In this document: positions 58,499 to 64,000 of the stretch, one piece after another
Layout of the letters: every line of letters begins with the position of its first letter
Position numbering within the stretch: the first letter of the stretch is position 1
From: Bacteroidia bacterium
GTDB lineage: Bacteria; Bacteroidota; Bacteroidia; NS11-12g; UBA9320
Assembly (NCBI GenBank): GCA_965216465.1
Contig: CBDCFW010000006.1
Location: forward strand, 32,001 to 96,000
Direction: 5' to 3'
DNA length: 64,000 nucleotides
The notes under the pieces: generated by a model
Seen by the model: the letters and a program-made list of their open reading frames with translations, nothing else
Told to the model about the DNA's origin: nothing
Databases searched by the model: none
Made by a program: the position numbers and the translations under genes

Positions 58499-58996
58499 AT
58501 GTATTTATTCGAAACAGCAAGATTAGGTTTAAGACCCATTTTGGCTTCAGATGCTGAAGAAATGTTCATCCTAAATTCTGATTGGGATGTTGTAAAATAT
58601 ACTGGTGATGTTCCTTTCAAATCTATTGAAGAAGCACGTACGTTTATTTCGAACTATGACCACTACGAAAAATATGGTTACGGCAGATGGTTGGTTGCAC
58701 TAAAAGACACTCACGAAACGCTAGGCTGGTGTGGACTTAAGAACCACAATGACGAATTTATCGATATCGGATTTCGATTTATGAAAAAGCACTGGGGAAA
58801 AGGGTTTGCAACGGAATCAGCTCTTGCCTGTATTAATTATGGTTTTGAAAATCTAGGGATGACCGAAATTATCGGAAGAGCTATGCCTGAAAATGAAGCT
58901 TCCATCGCAGTTCTTAAGAAGCTTGGTATGAAGTATTTCAAGCAGGATGAATGTAAAGGTTTACACGCCGCTCATTGGTTTAAAATTGAGAAATAA
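58499..58996 (+). CDS. RimJ/RimL-type GNAT acetyltransferase
   Basis: ETARL.LR, GWCGL, WGKGFATE and N.AS..VL.KLGM. Confidence 0.9.
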   Translation: MYLFETARLGLRPILASDAEEMFILNSDWDVVKYTGDVPFKSIEEARTFISNYDHYEKYGYGRWLVALKDTHETLGWCGLKNHNDEFIDIGFRFMKKHWGKGFATESALACINYGFENLGMTEIIGRAMPENEASIAVLKKLGMKYFKQDECKGLHAAHWFKIEK

Positions 58997-59053
58997 TGGA
59001 ATGATGATAAAATCATATTCGTTTAGTACCTTCGGCCCCTTAATTTGAACGTA

Positions 59054-60277
59054 ATGAACACCTGGATAGATATTCCTCAAAATTCTGATTTTTCACTTCA
59101 CAACCTTCCATATGGCGTATTTATTCGCGATGAGAAGCCAACTCCTGGAATTGCAATCGGCGACTCAATCATTGATTTGAATGCCGCAGCTAATGTTGGA
59201 GTTTTCACTGAATTAAGTTTTGACACAGCAGTTTTTGAATCTGAATTTTTGAACGACTTTATCGATTGCGGAAAACCTGTTTGGTCTGCAGTAAAAGCAA
59301 GAATAACTGAAGAACTAACCTCTGAAGGTAAATTGTTTGAATTCAGAGAAAAAGTAATTGTCAATAGAATTGGAGCTCAAATGTGCATGCCTATTCAAAT
59401 TGGGGATTATACCGACTTCTACAGCAGCATCGAGCACGCTACTAACGTAGGAAAGATGTTCAGACCCGATAATCCTTTATTACCAAATTGGAAGCACATT
59501 CCTGTTGGGTACCATGGCCGCTCAAGCAGTATTGTAATAAGCGGAACAGATATTAAGCGTCCACATGGCCAAATGATGCCACCAAATGCCGATAAACCCG
59601 TTTATGGCCCTTCTAAAAGAATGGATATTGAATTGGAAATGGCATTCGTAATTGGTAAGCAATCTAACTTAGGTGAACCGGTAAGTATTGATGAGGCTGA
59701 AGATTACATCTTTGGTAAAGTAATATTCAATGACTGGAGTGCAAGAGATATTCAAAAGTGGGAGTATGTGCCTCTAGGACCTTTTCTAGGTAAGAATTTT
59801 GGAAGTACAATTTCTCCTTGGATTGTTACGATGGAAGCACTTGAACCATTCAGATGTGAAAGTATTGAACAAGACCCGGAAGTGTTGCCTTACTTGAAGT
59901 ATTCTGGCAACAAAAACTACGATATCAATTTAGAAGTTGGATTAACTCCTGAAGGAGATGAAGAATCGATCATTTGTGAAAGTAATTTCAAGTATATGTA
60001 CTGGAACATGGCTCAGCAATTAACGCATCATACCGTTAACGGTTGCAACGTAAATGTTGGAGATCTTATGGCGAGTGGTACTATTTCTGGAAAGGAAAAA
60101 GGGAGCTACGGTAGTATGTTAGAATTAAGTTGGGGAGGCAAAGAAGAGATTCAACTTAAAAACGGAAAGACGCGTACCTTTATAGAGGATGGTGACACCT
60201 TAACGCTGAGAGCCTATTGCGAAAAAGACGGTATCCGTGTTGGGTTTGGAGAGTGTGTAGGAAAGATAGTTTCTTAG
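59054..60277 (+). CDS. fahA: Fumarylacetoacetase
   Basis: DFSLHNLPYG, GDYTDFYSS, YHGRSSS, NDWSARDIQKWEYVPLGPF and SGTISG. Confidence 0.95.
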   Translation: MNTWIDIPQNSDFSLHNLPYGVFIRDEKPTPGIAIGDSIIDLNAAANVGVFTELSFDTAVFESEFLNDFIDCGKPVWSAVKARITEELTSEGKLFEFREKVIVNRIGAQMCMPIQIGDYTDFYSSIEHATNVGKMFRPDNPLLPNWKHIPVGYHGRSSSIVISGTDIKRPHGQMMPPNADKPVYGPSKRMDIELEMAFVIGKQSNLGEPVSIDEAEDYIFGKVIFNDWSARDIQKWEYVPLGPFLGKNFGSTISPWIVTMEALEPFRCESIEQDPEVLPYLKYSGNKNYDINLEVGLTPEGDEESIICESNFKYMYWNMAQQLTHHTVNGCNVNVGDLMASGTISGKEKGSYGSMLELSWGGKEEIQLKNGKTRTFIEDGDTLTLRAYCEKDGIRVGFGECVGKIVS

Positions 60278-60301
60278 CTTCATCGTAAAGACTTGTCTGG
60301 T

Positions 60302-60877
60302 CTAATCGAATAGATGGGTTGTATTTAGAATTTCAAATACGTACCACTTCTCGTTGAATTTATAAACAGTTACCGGCACTGTTTCATCCTTATCGTTGTA
60401 ATTTAACACAACCTCAAGTACTCCCATTCCCGATGGAGAATCGGTCGGCGGAGTATATTTATACTCTTTAAAAGTAACCAATGCTCGGTCTACATCATGC
60501 TCCTTCATCTCTGCCTGAATCTTGTCAAAATTTGACACAAACCGATCATTTAACGGTTTCAGCATATTTTCTTGAATATCCGCATCTGTAAAGTAAGGAT
60601 CTCCTTCAGGAATTAATTCTCGAGCGACTTCAACAGTTGGTATATAAACACCCAAAACTGTAACATCATTGGTTAATACTGCATGCGAAAAAGATCGAGC
60701 AACGGAATTTAGTCCATCATCTTTAGCGATCCCAAAGACATTTTCGGGGGTTTTCTCTACCTCCTCTGCTACCTCTACATTTTGTATTTCGGGAGTTTCA
60801 ACTTCAGGAGTTTTTGGCTTAGATGTAAAACAGGAACTAGCTAAAATTACAACAGCTATTAAGTAGACATTCTTCAT
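60302..60877 (-). CDS. Hypothetical lipoprotein
   Basis: MKNVYLIAVVILASSC lipobox followed by a P/E-rich linker. Confidence 0.7.
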   Translation of the reverse strand: MKNVYLIAVVILASSCFTSKPKTPEVETPEIQNVEVAEEVEKTPENVFGIAKDDGLNSVARSFSHAVLTNDVTVLGVYIPTVEVARELIPEGDPYFTDADIQENMLKPLNDRFVSNFDKIQAEMKEHDVDRALVTFKEYKYTPPTDSPSGMGVLEVVLNYNDKDETVPVTVYKFNEKWYVFEILNTTHLFD

Positions 60878-60912
60878 GGCTAACAAAAATACAAGAAATG
60901 GTTAAGTGATTT

Positions 60913-61218
60913 TTACTCAGAATCTGGCTTCTTTCGTCGTGGTCGAAGCTTTCTTTCCTTCTTCGGTTCTTCACCTGGTCTAGGACGAGCTTCTTGAACT
61001 GATAAAGGACGGTTGTTGATCTTTCTACGATTTAGTCTCATGATTGCTTTTTGGCCATCATAGCTGCTTCCCATAAGAACAAAACCATATCCTTTCGGTT
61101 TCTTGGTTTCTAAATCGATAAGAATTTTTACAGACTTAACTTCTCCGTACTCCTCAAAAAGTTTACGCAACTCATCCTCACTAATTTTGTAGTCTATATT
61201 AGAAACAAATAAATTCAT
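60913..61218 (-). CDS. RRM RNA-binding protein
   Basis: RNP2 LFVSNI, RNP1 KGYGFV and basic tail; -7 box TACCTTTG at 61285-61292. Confidence 0.9.
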   Translation of the reverse strand: MNLFVSNIDYKISEDELRKLFEEYGEVKSVKILIDLETKKPKGYGFVLMGSSYDGQKAIMRLNRRKINNRPLSVQEARPRPGEEPKKERKLRPRRKKPDSE

Positions 61219-61350
61219 CTAAAAACATGGTTAATCTCAGAGTTCTTCATCAAAAAACGTAGAAAGCTGAAATAATAATTCAAACAAAGGTATTATTTAT
61301 TTAAAAGAATCTCGTATCCCACGGGCTTTTTTATTTTTGCAACAGATTGA

Positions 61351-62796
61351 ATGAAAAAACTGTTAAACTATATAAACGGTGAATTGATACCACCTTCAGG
61401 AGGTAATTATATAGACAATTACAACCCTTCCACAGGGCAGGTCTATTCTCTAATTCCCGACTCAGATCAAAATGATGTTGATCTTGCCATTCAAAGTGCT
61501 CGAAACGCATTTGAATCGTGGAGTAGTCTTAAACCTACAGAACGTGCTAAATGGTTAGAGAAAGTATCAGAAGGAATTGCTGAAAGACTAGATGAGTTAG
61601 CACTGGCAGAAAGCACTGACAATGGAAAGCCACTATGGTTGGCCACCGCAGTTGATATTCCACGTGCTCGAGATAACTTTAAGTTTTATTCTACGGCTAT
61701 TATGCACTATGCCTCTGAAAGCCACCAAACTGCAGATAATGTTATCAACTATACCCTGCGCAAACCAATTGGTGTAGCAGCATGTATTTCACCGTGGAAT
61801 CTCCCACTATATCTTTTCTCTTGGAAAATTGCTCCTGCCCTTGCAGCAGGAAATACGGTAGTTGCCAAGCCCTCTGAAGTAACACCTATGACGGCTTATC
61901 TACTAAGCGAAATTTGTAAAGAAATTGACTTTCCGAAAGGAGTATTAAATATTGTTCACGGACTTGGGGCTTCTACAGGAAATAGTATTATTTCTAGCGA
62001 CAACATTGATCTTGTTTCTTTTACAGGAGGTACAAAAACTGGAGAGCATATCGCTCGTATTGTAGCTCCAAAGTTTAAGAAAATGTCATTAGAGCTTGGA
62101 GGCAAGAATCCAAATATCATATTTGATGATTGTGACTTTGAGAAAGCCTTAAAAACATCGATTAACAGTTCCTTCAGTAATCAAGGTCAAATTTGCTTGT
62201 GTGGCTCAAGAATACTTGTTCAAAGAGGAATCTACGAGAAGTTTAGAGATGCCTTTGTTAAAAAAGTCGAAGCTATGAAAGTGGGTAATCCGATGGACGA
62301 TGATTCACGCATGGGAGCTATTGTTTCAAAACCGCACTACGAAAAGGTTTTGTCATACATTGAACTTGCCAAAGAAGAAGGAGGTACTGTTTTAACTGGT
62401 GGGCATGCAGTACAACTCGATGGAGAATACAAAGATGGATGGTACATTCGACCAACCGTAATTGAAGGACTTGATCAACAATGCAGAACCAATCAAGAGG
62501 AGATTTTTGGGCCTGTAGTGACAATTCAACCATTTGATACAGAAGAAGAAGCCGTCGAACTAGCAAATTGTACCGGGTATGGCCTTGCAGCTACTATTTG
62601 GACACAAGATCTATCTAAGGCACACAGAATGGCAAACAGCGTTAAAAGTGGCATAATATGGGTAAACTGTTGGCTGCTTAGAGATTTAAGAACACCATTT
62701 GGTGGTATGAAGAATAGTGGTGTTGGTAGAGAAGGTGGATGGGAAGCTTTGAAATTCTTTACTGAACCCAAGAATGTCTGTATCAAATACGACTAA
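61351..62796 (+). CDS. Aldehyde dehydrogenase, 2-aminomuconate-semialdehyde dehydrogenase (ALDH8A1-like)
   Basis: VDIPRA, ISPWNLPLYL, ELGGKN, NQGQICLCGSR, EEIFGPV and NCWLLRDL; -7 box at 61332-61339. Confidence 0.85.
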   Translation: MKKLLNYINGELIPPSGGNYIDNYNPSTGQVYSLIPDSDQNDVDLAIQSARNAFESWSSLKPTERAKWLEKVSEGIAERLDELALAESTDNGKPLWLATAVDIPRARDNFKFYSTAIMHYASESHQTADNVINYTLRKPIGVAACISPWNLPLYLFSWKIAPALAAGNTVVAKPSEVTPMTAYLLSEICKEIDFPKGVLNIVHGLGASTGNSIISSDNIDLVSFTGGTKTGEHIARIVAPKFKKMSLELGGKNPNIIFDDCDFEKALKTSINSSFSNQGQICLCGSRILVQRGIYEKFRDAFVKKVEAMKVGNPMDDDSRMGAIVSKPHYEKVLSYIELAKEEGGTVLTGGHAVQLDGEYKDGWYIRPTVIEGLDQQCRTNQEEIFGPVVTIQPFDTEEEAVELANCTGYGLAATIWTQDLSKAHRMANSVKSGIIWVNCWLLRDLRTPFGGMKNSGVGREGGWEALKFFTEPKNVCIKYD

Positions 62797-62810
62797 AAAT
62801 TTTATCAAAT

Positions 62811-62840
62811 AAAAAGGGAGGCGAATCGCCTCCCTTTTTT
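62811..62840. terminator. Bidirectional intrinsic terminator
   Basis: AAAAAGGGAGGCG-aat-CGCCTCCCTTTTTT between convergent genes. Confidence 0.85.
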
Positions 62841-62878
62841 ATTACACATTTAAGTATTAAGGGCTTTCGCCCAAACAA

Positions 62879-63433
62879 CTAATGATAATCGTCTTCGACG
62901 AAACCAGTTCTTCTGTGTCCTGCGAAAACGTACTCAGTTCCTGGATCATCACTGAATGTTGCGGTAATATGGATACTATCCATCTCAACACCTGTTAGAG
63001 ATCTTCCAGCTCCGGCAATTATTTTACCTTCAACTGTAATGGTCTCATAACCAGAACCTGTTACGGTAACTGAATCAATTGGGTCGATATTTGGATCTCT
63101 AATGATATCTGCTGTATCGTAAGTCGTCCAAGTAACTTCCATATTGTCTCCAGTTCCGCTAAACGTAGCGTTTCCTGCATTTGCAGCAATTTTTGCTTTA
63201 AACGGCCAGATATGACCATGGTCATCTAACCAGATAGAATCTCCAGTAGCAGAGGCAAGGTTGTAAGTCAAGATTCGCTCATGACCTAGTACCACAGTTC
63301 CTCCAACTGAGGTTTCTACCCACCATTCACCAGCCAGCTCATTGCCGGGAATCATTTCGGGTTCATATTCGTCTTGGCAAGCCACAAAGCCAATCGCGAT
63401 CAATGCCAATAATATTAATTTACTTATTTTCAT
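62879..63433 (-). CDS. Lipoprotein of the lipid-binding putative hydrolase (Lipid_bd) type, SusC/D-associated
   Basis: Lipobox FVAC, LAGEWWV, TYN.A...D.IWLDD and terminal G.RRTGF.EDD. Confidence 0.75.
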   Translation of the reverse strand: MKISKLILLALIAIGFVACQDEYEPEMIPGNELAGEWWVETSVGGTVVLGHERILTYNLASATGDSIWLDDHGHIWPFKAKIAANAGNATFSGTGDNMEVTWTTYDTADIIRDPNIDPIDSVTVTGSGYETITVEGKIIAGAGRSLTGVEMDSIHITATFSDDPGTEYVFAGHRRTGFVEDDYH

Positions 63434-63444
63434 TTAGGTTTTTC

Positions 63445-64000
63445 TTAAAATTGAACTTGCGTTAATTCGACCTCGAACGTGTAGCCAATAGCCCAGTCTG
63501 TGGTCATGTTGATCTTCTTGTTAGCAGCATCTACGGTGAAATCCGTCATGGTCATTGGCCAAGGCCATCCACCATATCCTGAAGCAAATGTAGGAAGTGT
63601 AAAGTCATTACTTCCAATGTCATTTGCTACAACAGAAGTAGGTGCATTAAATGGAATACCATATGCTGTACCAATTTGGTAGTAAGCACCAATACCGCAT
63701 GAAATACCATACTCTCCCGCTCCTTTGTCGTAGATTAATACATACTCCAATCCACTAAAACGTGGTACACCATTTCTAACGATGGTTGAAGTATACAATC
63801 CTGCAATGCTATTTACAAGGTCACCTGTTTCAACAACATAAACTCTTCTGGTTGCTGATCCATCGAATCCATCTTTATTTGTTGCACTATAAGTAAGGTC
63901 ATAGCAGTCTGCAACATTCTCATCAAGTGATGAGCCACCTTGGTAAGCTCCAGATACAGAAGTTGTAACTTCAATTTCATTACCTCCCTCTAATGCTTTA
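63445..64000 (-). CDS. BT_2262/DUF5011-type Ig-domain protein (5'-truncated by window edge)
   Basis: Manual translation shows the frame open to the window end (KALEGG...YDLTYSATNKDGFDGSATRRVYVV); normally paired with Lipid_bd lipoproteins. Confidence 0.7.
   Translation of the reverse strand, partial: KALEGGNEIEVTTSVSGAYQGGSSLDENVADCYDLTYSATNKDGFDGSATRRVYVVETGDLVNSIAGLYTSTIVRNGVPRFSGLEYVLIYDKGAGEYGISCGIGAYYQIGTAYGIPFNAPTSVVANDIGSNDFTLPTFASGYGGWPWPMTMTDFTVDAANKKINMTTDWAIGYTFEVELTQVQF

Noticed and set aside
61303-61331. Weak hairpin with a T-run between the RRM and ALDH genes
   Set aside because: The stem is mismatched and lies between divergent promoters, with no transcript to terminate.
63445-63798. 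117 aa ORF as a complete gene or pseudogene
   Set aside because: The frame stays open to the window end, so it is the 3' part of a longer gene.
1-64000. Mobile elements, tRNA/rRNA, prophage or defence genes
   Set aside because: No transposase, integrase, cloverleaf or phage/defence motif was recognised; a tRNAscan/Infernal/HMM run would be needed to exclude them fully.

Overview
AT-rich, gene-dense bacterial chromosome segment with a Bacteroidota signature: T9SS C-terminal-domain proteins, TAnnTTTG -7 promoter boxes, no obvious Shine-Dalgarno motifs, and BT_2262/Lipid_bd-type lipoproteins. Most of it is housekeeping: fdh C-terminus, mobA, iscSUA, mce, pth, lolC/E, rbfA, aconitase, rpoN, asnS, folA, nadC, obgE, adk, holB, ricT, recR, apaG, uppP, ftsX, leuS and fahA. 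The main accessory region is a ~21 kb surface-glycan locus (24.4-45.5 kb). It contains (i) a tightly coupled minus-strand operon led by a T9SS-secreted tandem-LamG protein, followed by three glycosyltransferase-like genes, a cyclase-family hydrolase, a NeuA/KdsB-like cytidylyltransferase, a D-2-hydroxyacid dehydrogenase, an SDR and a Wzx flippase, with no NeuB/KdsA synthase in the window, suggesting a possible oxidative route to a CMP-ulosonate; (ii) a second LamG T9SS cargo whose stalk holds 17 evenly spaced D-(S/T)-x O-glycosylation sequons; and (iii) a YfhO/PIG-L/ATP-grasp module. Other points are an ECF sigma/anti-sigma/toastrack operon with two identically spaced copies of a putative ECF promoter, two likely non-canonical start codons, a large coiled-coil insertion in AsnRS and a candidate sRNA upstream of aconitase. 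No rRNA, tRNA, CRISPR array or transposase was seen. All calls come from motif recognition by eye; no database searches were run.
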